DNA of 64,000 nucleotides. Origin: Marispirochaeta sp. (GTDB taxonomy: Bacteria > Spirochaetota > Spirochaetia > JC444 > Marispirochaetaceae). Numbering within the stretch: position 1 is the first letter of the stretch; each line of letters begins with the position of its first letter. Below are positions 10,001 to 18,348 of the stretch, in pieces. The stretch lies in contig CAXXFF010000004.1 of the NCBI GenBank assembly GCA_963676835.2, positions 192,001 through 256,000 of the forward strand. The letters are read 5' to 3'. Under the pieces are notes generated by a model that was not told the origin of the DNA, did not search any database, and saw only the letters and a list, made by a program, of their open reading frames with translations. A program made the position numbers and the translations under genes.

Positions 10001-10945
10001 ATGAGCGATACCGTTCTGCAGGACCATCTTGCAGCTCTTTCCCCGGATTCTCTGGATACATTCCTCCTCTCTTTCGGAGAAGAGAAAGAGAGTGTACGGG
10101 GAGCTGTTTTAAACGGGACAAGGCTTCTGAATGAAATGCGCAGTGCCCATGAGCTGGGCATACTCGAATCCCTTATTCTGGGGCAGGCCTACCTGGGAGC
10201 CCTGCTTATGACACGAAGCCTTAAAGGTATGGGAAGAATTCAGCTTGATATAGGCTGTGCTGGCCCGGTTGAGGGCCTGTCGGTGGAGGCAAATGCCGCG
10301 GGAGATGTAAGGGGATATCTCAAACAGGTGCCGATCCCCATAAATGCCCCTGTAGAAAGCTTTGATACCTCACCTTTTTTCGGACCGGGAATATTGAGTG
10401 TCAACCGTTACCCCGACGGTGCCAAGCAGCCCTTTACCGGAAACATAGACCTTCAATACGGTAATATAGGCCAGGATATAGCCAACTACTACCTGGTGTC
10501 CGAGCAGACACGGACAAGTGTTGCAGTCAGTATAAAGTTTGACAACAGCGGCCGTATAATCGGCGGCGGCGGACTGTTCCTCGAAGCCCTGCCCGGGGCA
10601 TCAGATGAGATTCTGGACGCAGCCCAGGCAGCCGTTTCAGCTATGCCTTCCCCGGGAGAGCTCTTTTCACGGGGCCATGCAGGACCGGATATGGTTCAGA
10701 AGGCCTTCAACGGCTTTCAGCTCACACCGCTGGAAAACCGCAAAGTGCGGTTTCACTGTCCCTGCAGCAGGGAACGGTTCAAGTCATTTATCAGCGCTCT
10801 TAATATCGAAGATCTTAAAGAGATGAGCGTCAACGGACCATTTCCGGTGATCACCGTCTGTCATAACTGCAACACCAGCTACGGTTTTGAACAGACTGAA
10901 CTGGAGAATATTCTCCATCAGCGCTCTTCCGGAAAACAGACCTAG
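10001..10945 (+). CDS. hslO: Hsp33 redox-regulated chaperone
   Basis: GDVRGY, YYLVSEQ, GGGLFLEALPG, zinc motif HCPCS...CHNC; AAGGA RBS before ATG 10001. Confidence 0.9.
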   Translation: MSDTVLQDHLAALSPDSLDTFLLSFGEEKESVRGAVLNGTRLLNEMRSAHELGILESLILGQAYLGALLMTRSLKGMGRIQLDIGCAGPVEGLSVEANAAGDVRGYLKQVPIPINAPVESFDTSPFFGPGILSVNRYPDGAKQPFTGNIDLQYGNIGQDIANYYLVSEQTRTSVAVSIKFDNSGRIIGGGGLFLEALPGASDEILDAAQAAVSAMPSPGELFSRGHAGPDMVQKAFNGFQLTPLENRKVRFHCPCSRERFKSFISALNIEDLKEMSVNGPFPVITVCHNCNTSYGFEQTELENILHQRSSGKQT

Positions 10946-11589
10946 TTTAACAGACTGGTAATTTCACTGAAGTGGTTAAATGCATGGGTAGGACGAAAAG
11001 GCAGATCATCCACAAGGTTCGGCCCCCAGCCGGCAAATACCGTTGCAACCCCGGCGGACTGCCCGGCTTGCATATCAAAAACTGCATCACCTACAAAGGC
11101 AGTCTTCTCCGGCAGTGCCTTGAGCTTTTCCATAGCCGTCAGCACTGGTTCCGGATGAGGTTTATGCTTTTCTGTAATCTCAGGAGTGATTATAACAGAG
11201 AAGAAATCACTGAGGCCGGTAAACTCAAGATATGAAACCAGGGACGGCAAAAGCCTGGAGGTAACTATTCCCAGGACAATACCGTGTTCTTTCAGTTTCT
11301 CCAGAGATTCCCGCACCCCCTCAAAGGGGCGGATATAATCCTTATAAATCTCTTTCTGGAAATCCACATAAAAAGCGCGGATTTCTGCCACTTTCTGCGG
11401 CTCCGTAATACCGAGAAAAAGCTCAATCTGACGATCCAGGGGGATTCCCATATGTGAGATTACGGTTTCATCGGTGATATGATCTCCCCCGTATTCATGC
11501 AGCATGGCACGGAAAGAGGCGAGAATAAGGTTTTTGGTATCCAGCAGGGTGCCGTCCACGTCGAATAGCATACAGGTGTACTGACTCAT
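10942..11589 (-). CDS. HAD-superfamily phosphatase (PpaX/Gph-like)
   Basis: FDVDGTL, VTS, KPHPEP, VGDAVFD. Confidence 0.88.
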   Translation of the reverse strand: MSQYTCMLFDVDGTLLDTKNLILASFRAMLHEYGGDHITDETVISHMGIPLDRQIELFLGITEPQKVAEIRAFYVDFQKEIYKDYIRPFEGVRESLEKLKEHGIVLGIVTSRLLPSLVSYLEFTGLSDFFSVIITPEITEKHKPHPEPVLTAMEKLKALPEKTAFVGDAVFDMQAGQSAGVATVFAGWGPNLVDDLPFRPTHAFNHFSEITSLLN

Positions 11590-11774
11590 AGGCGCATAAT
11601 ATCCCTACTGTTAAACTTAGTCCATATCCCATCGGTATATTCGTTATACCAAGTATAATTATAAAATCCCCGCAGAAGATTTTGTCATCAACTGCCGGGA
11701 TAATCATACTATGGCAGCTCTAAAAACTACTCTTTTTACCATATCCTTCGTCGTCAAGATTTCCCGCGGTCCAC

Positions 11775-11803
11775 CCCTGCACCAAAACAATTTTGGTGCA
11801 GGG
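11775..11803. repeat. Perfect 13-bp inverted repeat (stem-loop) downstream of the 5'-nucleotidase gene
   Basis: CCCTGCACCAAAA-CAA-TTTTGGTGCAGGG; no U-tract on either side. Confidence 0.6.
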
Positions 11804-11867
11804 TGTGGGCGCTACAAAATCTATCCTCCTTGACTATGGCAAAAATACCACGTTTTTAGAGGTGCCC

Positions 11868-13475
11868 TTATTTAACCGAAAACCGGCCTTTCACATCGGG
11901 AGAAATCGTTCCACCCAGACTGACCACATAATCGATAAAACCATCTCTCTGCATCAGAGAAGTGTCGTAATAGTCTGTGGCCATGGTAAACACATCGTAG
12001 CCGTCACCGCCGGCAGCAAGGTAGGAGTTGGTTGCAATAACATACTCTTTGGCGGGATCCACGGGACTTCCGTTAATCAGAAGATCCTGAACCGTCCCGG
12101 AAGCGGTATTAATGGAAAAACTGACCCCTTCGGAAACCTGGGGCATGGCGCCATGGCCGACATTTGCAGGAGTGGCTGCGAAAAGGGCGATAACATCCTT
12201 CCCTTTAAGCGTTACAACCGCAATGGAGTTATCAAAAGGCAGAACCTCATAGATAGTCCGTTTGTTGATTGGGCCGTCGGGGATATCCGTCCTGATTCCG
12301 CCGCCGTTCTGAAAGGCAAAGTCCGCATTCAGGTTCATTTCATTGGCATACCAGAGCATGGAGTCCGCAACAAGATCGCCGATGGCTGTTTCCGCAGAAC
12401 GGCTGTCTTTGTTCATAAAAGGAGCAGTAGCGGTGCCGATTTCCTTATCAAGTAATGCATCAACCTTTGCCACATAGGGATTGAGTATCGCTTCAAGCTC
12501 CGCATCCGGAACAATCTCTTTTCCGACTGTTGGATAGGTGGAACTGCCGTCTGCAAGCTTTACCCGCTCCCGGACATTCATTGGAACAAGGCTGAAGTCG
12601 AGATTTGTTACCTCACCATTGGTAAAGCTCAATTCGACCTGCCCCATATAAAGACCCCAGTGTTTCGCCTGTACCACCGGTACGGATTTACCGGATATTG
12701 TGTTGGTAACATAGACAGGCTCTTCAAGCTTTGTATGGGTGTGACCGTCAATAACCAGAGCAAGCCCGGGAACAGCCGCAGCCAGCTTCTTTGAGCCTTC
12801 CGCCTCGCCATCGTAAATGCCCATATGGACAACGGCGATTACAATATCCGCCTGCTTTTTCAGCTCAGGAACCAGTTCATTGGCTGTTTCTATTTCGTCA
12901 CGAAAAATATACCCCTGAATATTGGCAGGATTTCCGCTTTTTGCAGTTTCCGCAGTCATAAGGCCGAGAATCGCAACTTTAAACCCATCGTATTCCTTGA
13001 TAATCCAGGGCTTTACATTGTCTATATAATTCCCGTCTTCGCTTATTACATTGGCACAGAGCCAGGGAAAGGCGGAAAGCGCGATCTGTCCCTGCATATC
13101 TGCAGGACTGGGATCAAACTCATGGTTTCCCATGGCCAGAGCGTCATAGCCGATGTAGTTCATACCTACAATATCCGGTTCCGCCTTGAAAAAGTTGGAT
13201 TCCGGACGGCCGGTATTAATATCTCCCGCACTGATAACCAGAACATTATCGTTTGCCGCCCTGACCTGCTTTACATAGGAAGCCTGAACAGGAAGACCGC
13301 CCTGATCAGATGCAGGGTAGTCATAGAACGCCACGGGATGGCCGTGGTGATCATTGGTGTGAAGAATCACCAGATGATGCTCCACATCCGGCTGTGCGAC
13401 AGGGGAAGTCCCGGCACAGCTGAAAGCAACAGCAGTGAATGCTGCGAGAAGAAGATAAAGACTGATCTTTTTCAT
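11868..13475 (-). CDS. 5'-nucleotidase / UDP-sugar hydrolase family lipoprotein (UshA-like)
   Basis: AAGGAG RBS, lipobox AFSC, HTNDHHG, AGD, GNHEFD, GHTH, NGGGIR, LPFDN, GGDGY. Confidence 0.92.
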   Translation of the reverse strand: MKKISLYLLLAAFTAVAFSCAGTSPVAQPDVEHHLVILHTNDHHGHPVAFYDYPASDQGGLPVQASYVKQVRAANDNVLVISAGDINTGRPESNFFKAEPDIVGMNYIGYDALAMGNHEFDPSPADMQGQIALSAFPWLCANVISEDGNYIDNVKPWIIKEYDGFKVAILGLMTAETAKSGNPANIQGYIFRDEIETANELVPELKKQADIVIAVVHMGIYDGEAEGSKKLAAAVPGLALVIDGHTHTKLEEPVYVTNTISGKSVPVVQAKHWGLYMGQVELSFTNGEVTNLDFSLVPMNVRERVKLADGSSTYPTVGKEIVPDAELEAILNPYVAKVDALLDKEIGTATAPFMNKDSRSAETAIGDLVADSMLWYANEMNLNADFAFQNGGGIRTDIPDGPINKRTIYEVLPFDNSIAVVTLKGKDVIALFAATPANVGHGAMPQVSEGVSFSINTASGTVQDLLINGSPVDPAKEYVIATNSYLAAGGDGYDVFTMATDYYDTSLMQRDGFIDYVVSLGGTISPDVKGRFSVK

Positions 13476-13598
13476 GAAATGCTCCTTACCGTATTTTAGT
13501 TGCATACAGAATACCATTTCAGTGAGATATGTGATAAGTGTTACTCCCGGGTTAGAAAGGGTACAAATGAAGTAGAAACTGATATACCATAACCTGAC

Positions 13599-14288
13599 AT
13601 GAAAAAGAAAACCGTCATCTTTGATCTGGACGATACCCTTATCGAATATGGTGAATCTGAAAAATACGGACTTGAGTCGGCATTTAAGGATCTTGACCTG
13701 CCCTACAGTGAAGAGATTCTCAACTTGTATAAAAAGATAAACCGGGAACTCTGGGCAGTATATGCCGAAGGGAAAATTACCTCTGAAGATCTCCGCCATC
13801 TTCGTTTCAGCCGGCTGCTCTCAGAACTCGGCCACAAGGAAGATCTTGTCCAATCAGCCCGAAACCGCTACCTCTACCATTTCGGACAGAAAGGCGTCCC
13901 CTCCCCCTATGCGGAAACAGTGCTTAAGCAGCTCGAAAGCAGCGGCCATATCCTCGGAGCTATTACCAACGGCTTTACCGATATGCAGCGCCCCAGACTG
14001 CAAAACTCCGGGCTGGGCCGTTTTTTTAAAGACCTGATTATTTCCGATGAGGTAAAGCTTGCCAAACCGGACCCCCGGATATTCGCACTGGCCATGGAGA
14101 GACTGAATATTACCGACAAGGATTCGGTCTACTACGTGGGAGACAACCCAGTGGATGACATTCAGGGGGCCCGGGAGTTCGGTATTAAAACCATATGGAT
14201 AGACCGGGGAGACAGGGAATCAGTCCCCGACGCGGATTTCCGCACCGGGGACTTAAGAGACATTCCGGGGTTTATCGGCGGGAGCTAA
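13599..14288 (+). CDS. yjjG: YjjG-family HAD nucleotidase
   Basis: FDLDDTL, INRELW, ITNGF..Q, AKPDPRIF, VGDNPVDDIQGA. Confidence 0.8.
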   Translation: MKKKTVIFDLDDTLIEYGESEKYGLESAFKDLDLPYSEEILNLYKKINRELWAVYAEGKITSEDLRHLRFSRLLSELGHKEDLVQSARNRYLYHFGQKGVPSPYAETVLKQLESSGHILGAITNGFTDMQRPRLQNSGLGRFFKDLIISDEVKLAKPDPRIFALAMERLNITDKDSVYYVGDNPVDDIQGAREFGIKTIWIDRGDRESVPDADFRTGDLRDIPGFIGGS

Positions 14289-14314
14289 TCCTGCTCGTAG
14301 GCCCCCATGGAGAT

Positions 14315-14563
14315 ATGGAAGAACTCACCGACCGGGAAAAAGAGGTTCTTGATTTGCTCTATGCGGGAGACAAGTACAGTGATATTGCTGAAAAACTATT
14401 CTTATCGCTGGCTACGGTAAAAACCCATGTTTCCCATATCTACCAGAAACTGAATATACGCCGGCGTTCGGAACTTTATGTTAAATTTAACAGACGTAAA
14501 CAAGAGGGAGAAAACCGGGGACCAGCCGTTCCGACATCAAATTCTTTGAAAGTAAAAAGCTGA
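14315..14563 (+). CDS. Stand-alone LuxR/GerE-type HTH regulator
   Basis: LTDREKEVL...IAEKLFLSLATVKTHVSHIYQKL; GGAG RBS before ATG 14315. Confidence 0.85.
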   Translation: MEELTDREKEVLDLLYAGDKYSDIAEKLFLSLATVKTHVSHIYQKLNIRRRSELYVKFNRRKQEGENRGPAVPTSNSLKVKS

Positions 14564-14565
14564 GA

Positions 14566-14859
14566 TTATATGCCTTGGAAAGGTGAGTGTTTCAGATCTC
14601 CTGATTTTTCCATGCTGCGGATAAGATCTACTATCTGCTGTTCTCCGGCGACAACCTCTTCGGGGGGAGTATCGATGTATTTAATAGCTACCTCCGGAAG
14701 ACCTATGGGTGTTTTTTCCAGAGAAAAGCCGAAGAAAAATTCGACATGAGCGGAGCCGATACTCCCCTTAAGGCGGCCGATAAAGCGCTTGATATATAAA
14801 ACCTCTGAAGGGACCTCGGATATCTGATCGATGCTGTCTATTTGAAATGTATCTGCCAT
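14566..14859 (-). CDS. Hypothetical protein (97 aa)
   Basis: Non-overlapping ORF with protein-like composition. Confidence 0.6.
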   Translation of the reverse strand: MADTFQIDSIDQISEVPSEVLYIKRFIGRLKGSIGSAHVEFFFGFSLEKTPIGLPEVAIKYIDTPPEEVVAGEQQIVDLIRSMEKSGDLKHSPFQGI

Positions 14860-14973
14860 ATATTGATTATTATCGGCAGTTTTCTTTAAGGAGTTGTCAT
14901 AAAATTACAGAGGCCCTGCAAAGCAAGTAAACAGCCCTGCATGACCTCTGAAAACAGGAAAAGGACCACTCTT

Positions 14974-15618
14974 TTACAGGTCCTTATGACAGAACCACCA
15001 GTCAAAGCCCTCGTACTGATCAAGGCGCTTTTCTGCTTCCGCAACACTGCCTGCGGGAGGAATAATTACCCGGTCTTTTATCAGTTCATTCTCAGGCCAG
15101 CCGGCAGGCATAGCCACACCGTTCTTATCGGAAATCTGCAGGGCTTTTACTGCTCGCACCACTTCATCCATATTCCGTCCGATCTCCTGGGGATAATAGA
15201 GAACCAGCCGGACCTTACCGTCGGGATCCCCGACAAAAACGGCACGGACGGTGTTGGTTCCTTTTCCGGGGTGGAGCATACCGAGTTTGTTGGCAATGGA
15301 ATCATTTGCGGCAACAATGGGATAGGTAATTTCAACTCCGAGCTTCTCTTTTATCCATTCAACCCATTTAATATGGCTGAATACCTGATCAACCGACATA
15401 CCGATAAGCTTAACTCCCAGTTCGTTGAACTGATCAATTCTTTTCTGAAACGCCACAAACTCGGTGGTACAGACCGGGGTAAAATCAGCGGGATGGCTGA
15501 AAAGAACAAACCAGCTTCCTTTCAGATCTCCGGGAATATTCATTGGTCCATGGGTGGTGTTTACCTTCATTTCGGGGAAATCATCACCCAAAAGAGGCAT
15601 GTTAAAAGTATTTTCCAT
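14974..15618 (-). CDS. Peroxiredoxin (Prx6/TDXH subfamily)
   Basis: [27 protein letters not shown]-terminal DWWFC; AGGAGG RBS before ATG 15618. Confidence 0.93.
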   Translation of the reverse strand: MENTFNMPLLGDDFPEMKVNTTHGPMNIPGDLKGSWFVLFSHPADFTPVCTTEFVAFQKRIDQFNELGVKLIGMSVDQVFSHIKWVEWIKEKLGVEITYPIVAANDSIANKLGMLHPGKGTNTVRAVFVGDPDGKVRLVLYYPQEIGRNMDEVVRAVKALQISDKNGVAMPAGWPENELIKDRVIIPPAGSVAEAEKRLDQYEGFDWWFCHKDL

Positions 15619-15643
15619 TTCTTCCTCCTGTAATATGGAATTG

Positions 15644-15672
15644 AATATAATAGTAATCATTACTATAGACAA
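15644..15672 (-). promoter_or_regulatory. sigma70 promoter of the peroxiredoxin gene with a Fur/PerR-family palindrome filling the spacer
   Basis: Minus strand TTGTCT-17-TATATT; the 17-bp spacer is the 8-1-8 palindrome ATAGTAAT-G-ATTACTAT (15650-15666). Confidence 0.75.
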
Positions 15673-15780
15673 ATAAAATCCTCACCTTATTCCCGGTTTT
15701 CTCCGGTTGCATTGCCAGCCTGCAGCGACTACAATTAAAACAACAGCCTATATGCAATTAAAAGGGATGAGGAATAATGT

Positions 15781-16953
15781 ATGGATAAAGGAATGGCTCA
15801 TATAATTTCCGACTTGTGGAACATTGAAGAGCGGGTTCGGTCCCTACGGGAAATTATTCTGGCAAACCTTGTGATGTTGTCTGAAATTCCCGCACCAACC
15901 TTTAATGAAACAGCCAGGATGCAGTTTCTGGTAAACCGCTTTAACGAGCTACAGCTCCTGAACTGCTCCACCGACGAAAAAGGCAACGGCCTTGGAATAA
16001 TCCCGGGAGAGACCGGGGAACGGAATATTCTTATAGTCGGCCACCTGGATACCGTGTTCGATTCCAAGGTGGATCACACCATTAGTGTTGAACCCCACCG
16101 CATCATAGGCCCCGGTGTAGGCGATAACGGTCTGGGGATTGCGGTCATTGCCACCCTTCCCCTTATTCTTCAGCATCTGAATATTAAAACCAAAAGCAAT
16201 ATTATCCTTATGGGGAGTGCTCAATCCCTTGGTATGGGAAACATCCGGGGTTTACGCTTTTTTCTTGATCATGCGGATATGCCCATTCATTCCGGGATCT
16301 GCGTGGAAGGGGTAAAACTGGGGAGAATATCCTATTCCTCCATAGGTATGATGCGCTGCGGAATCAAGTTTTCCGTTCCAGAGGAGTATGACTGGACCCG
16401 CTTCGGTGCAGTGGGGGCTATAGTTACCATTAACGATGCCATAAACCGGATTCTTGAAATTCCCCTGCCCAAACGGCCTAAAACAAATATCGTACTTGGA
16501 TCGGTTGAGGGAGGTACGGGCTTCAATACAATCGCCACCAATGCTTCTCTCAAGTTCGAGATCCGCTCGGAATCGGGCAGAATGGTTAAAAATATCGGAC
16601 AGAAAGCTGAGTACATAGCTCACGAGGTTGCCAGCCATTCCGGTGCAGATGTGGATTTCCGCATTTATGCCCAGCGCCGCCCCGGGGGGATTCCTTTTTC
16701 TCATCCACTGGCCACAACTGCCAGAGAAATCATGCGTTCCCTGGATATTACTCCCCGGATTACTCCATCAACCTCCGAGCTCTCGGCTTTTATTGATAAA
16801 AAAATACCGGCGGTAACCCTCGGTCTGACAGACGGGGAAAACCTTGACCAGTTGAATGAATCCATCGAAATCGAACCGATTTTCAAGGGCATCGCACAGC
16901 TCATAGGCCTTATTCTTGCAATTGACGGAGGACACTGTGACGAACCTAAATGA
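15781..16953 (+). CDS. M20/M25/M40-family metallohydrolase-like protein (degenerate active site)
   Basis: GHLDTVF, GPGVGDN, dimerisation domain (GGTGFNTIA..FEIRS); EE motif and C-terminal His absent. Confidence 0.8.
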   Translation: MDKGMAHIISDLWNIEERVRSLREIILANLVMLSEIPAPTFNETARMQFLVNRFNELQLLNCSTDEKGNGLGIIPGETGERNILIVGHLDTVFDSKVDHTISVEPHRIIGPGVGDNGLGIAVIATLPLILQHLNIKTKSNIILMGSAQSLGMGNIRGLRFFLDHADMPIHSGICVEGVKLGRISYSSIGMMRCGIKFSVPEEYDWTRFGAVGAIVTINDAINRILEIPLPKRPKTNIVLGSVEGGTGFNTIATNASLKFEIRSESGRMVKNIGQKAEYIAHEVASHSGADVDFRIYAQRRPGGIPFSHPLATTAREIMRSLDITPRITPSTSELSAFIDKKIPAVTLGLTDGENLDQLNESIEIEPIFKGIAQLIGLILAIDGGHCDEPK

Positions 16954-17980
16954 ATGGGTAAATAAAAATACCTACCACCACTCCCAGTTCTGGGATCTTA
17001 AAAACCTTATAAAAGAGAAGGAGCGGCAGGGAATTACCGTCTCCCTCTGTATTCCCACACTGAACGAGGAAAAGACAATTGGCAAAGAGATTGTCATCTT
17101 CAAATCGGAGCTGGTAAACCGCTATCCTCTGCTTGATGAGATTGCGGTTATCGACTCCGGCAGTGAAGACAAAACCCTGGAGGTGGCCGCTTCCTTCGGC
17201 GCAGATACCTACCTGAGTAACGATATTCTGCCGGAAATTGAGGCAAAGAAAGGCAAGGGAGAGAATCTCTGGAAGGCTATTTATCAGCTGAAAGGGGATA
17301 TCATCGTCTACATAGATGCAGACATAAAGAACATACATCCCCGTTTCGTCTACGGCCTGGTTGCCCCCCTTATTTACCGGCCCGAGGTTCAGTACGTAAA
17401 AGCCTTCTACGACCGCCCCCTGGCCTTCAGTCAGGGAGTACGCCCTTCCGGAGGCGGCAGGGTTACAGAAATTCTTGTACGCCCCCTGTTCAGCCTCTTC
17501 TTCCCCGAACTTACAGCAATTATCCAGCCTTTGAGCGGAGAATATGCCGTCCGCAGGGAAGTACTGGAGCAGATCCCCTTCCCTATCGGCTACGGCGTTG
17601 AAACAAGCCATCTTATCGATGTCTACCAGCTCTACGGCCTCAGCGCTTTCGCCCAGACCGACCTGGACCAGCGGGTTCACCGCAATCAGCAGACCCGCTC
17701 TCTGGGCAGAATGTCCTTCGGTATTCTGCAGACCTTCCTGTCCCGGCTGGACAAGCTTGAGATTATCGGAGACCTGCCACCCATGGATACGGTACTGCAC
17801 CAGTTTCAGGCCCACGACGACAAATTTGAAGCGGTGGAATACAAAATCGTGGAAGAAGAGCGTCCACCCATGCTGGAGATTCCAAGCTACCGGACTGTTC
17901 GGGATGAACTGCTTAAGGAGCGGGATAAACGGCAGAAGAAAAAGCGCAAACCCCGGACAAAGACTGAACCGAAAGAGTAA
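16937..17980 (+). CDS. gpgS: Glucosyl-3-phosphoglycerate synthase
   Basis: IPTLNEE, IDSGSED, GKGENLW, DAD, VKAFYDRP, GGGRVTEILVRP, QPLSGEYA, GYGVE, RVHRNQ; GTG start after GGAGG. Confidence 0.88.
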   Translation: MTNLNEWVNKNTYHHSQFWDLKNLIKEKERQGITVSLCIPTLNEEKTIGKEIVIFKSELVNRYPLLDEIAVIDSGSEDKTLEVAASFGADTYLSNDILPEIEAKKGKGENLWKAIYQLKGDIIVYIDADIKNIHPRFVYGLVAPLIYRPEVQYVKAFYDRPLAFSQGVRPSGGGRVTEILVRPLFSLFFPELTAIIQPLSGEYAVRREVLEQIPFPIGYGVETSHLIDVYQLYGLSAFAQTDLDQRVHRNQQTRSLGRMSFGILQTFLSRLDKLEIIGDLPPMDTVLHQFQAHDDKFEAVEYKIVEEERPPMLEIPSYRTVRDELLKERDKRQKKKRKPRTKTEPKE

Positions 17981-18026
17981 TTATCCCTTCTAAAACCTCA
18001 AAAAAACCTTCAGGAAAATCTTTTTC

Positions 18027-18080
18027 TTGACCCGACCGACCAGTCGGTGTAGGATTACGCAAAACCGACCGGTCGGTCGG
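18027..18080 (+). promoter_or_regulatory. sigma70 promoter with two TetR-type operators
   Basis: TTGACC(18027)-17-TAGGAT(18050); ACCGACCAGTCGGT (18035-18048) and perfect palindrome ACCGACCGGTCGGT (18064-18077). Confidence 0.8.
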
Positions 18081-18144
18081 CCGCTTGTTGCGGGATGGAC
18101 CCCATCCCGAATTAAACAGAATGCTATTTATACAGGAGAAGTCT

Positions 18145-18348
18145 ATGGTATTGGGAATACCGGATTGGAGCGTTTCGCTGGTCTATATCCTCATGATAGC
18201 CTCGTCTCTGCTCTGCATCGTCTACGGTTTCAGAATGTGGAACAAGGAAGGCGATATCAGTGAAAAAGAGCTGGAAGAGGAAAAACGCTGGGCCGAGGAA
18301 GAAAAAGACCTGGAGAAGGACCTGGCCGATAACGGAGGCACCACATGA
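18145..18348 (+). CDS. Symporter small accessory membrane protein (copy 1)
   Basis: AGGAG RBS; single TM, LCIVYG..WN, acidic tail; ATGA overlap with the symporter. Confidence 0.85.
   Translation: MVLGIPDWSVSLVYILMIASSLLCIVYGFRMWNKEGDISEKELEEEKRWAEEEKDLEKDLADNGGTT

Noticed and set aside
9922..10161. Long N-terminal extension of TtcA overlapping hslO
   Set aside because: Artefact of first-start calling; family similarity begins near ATG 9921
13476..13799. 108-aa N-terminal extension of the 5'-nucleotidase
   Set aside because: Overlaps yjjG; the RBS and lipoprotein signal start at 13475
16946..17815. 289-aa antisense ORF (and similar ones at 3099-3794, 11793-12455, 12825-13499, 14941-15633, 18222-19040, 43796-44452)
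   Set aside because: All lie opposite well-supported genes and have no recognisable motifs; typical shadow ORFs
18027..18080. CCGA/GTCG repeats as a CRISPR remnant or leader RNA hairpin
   Set aside because: Only two units, no spacers or cas genes; the left arm lies in the promoter spacer and would not be transcribed, so an operator fits better
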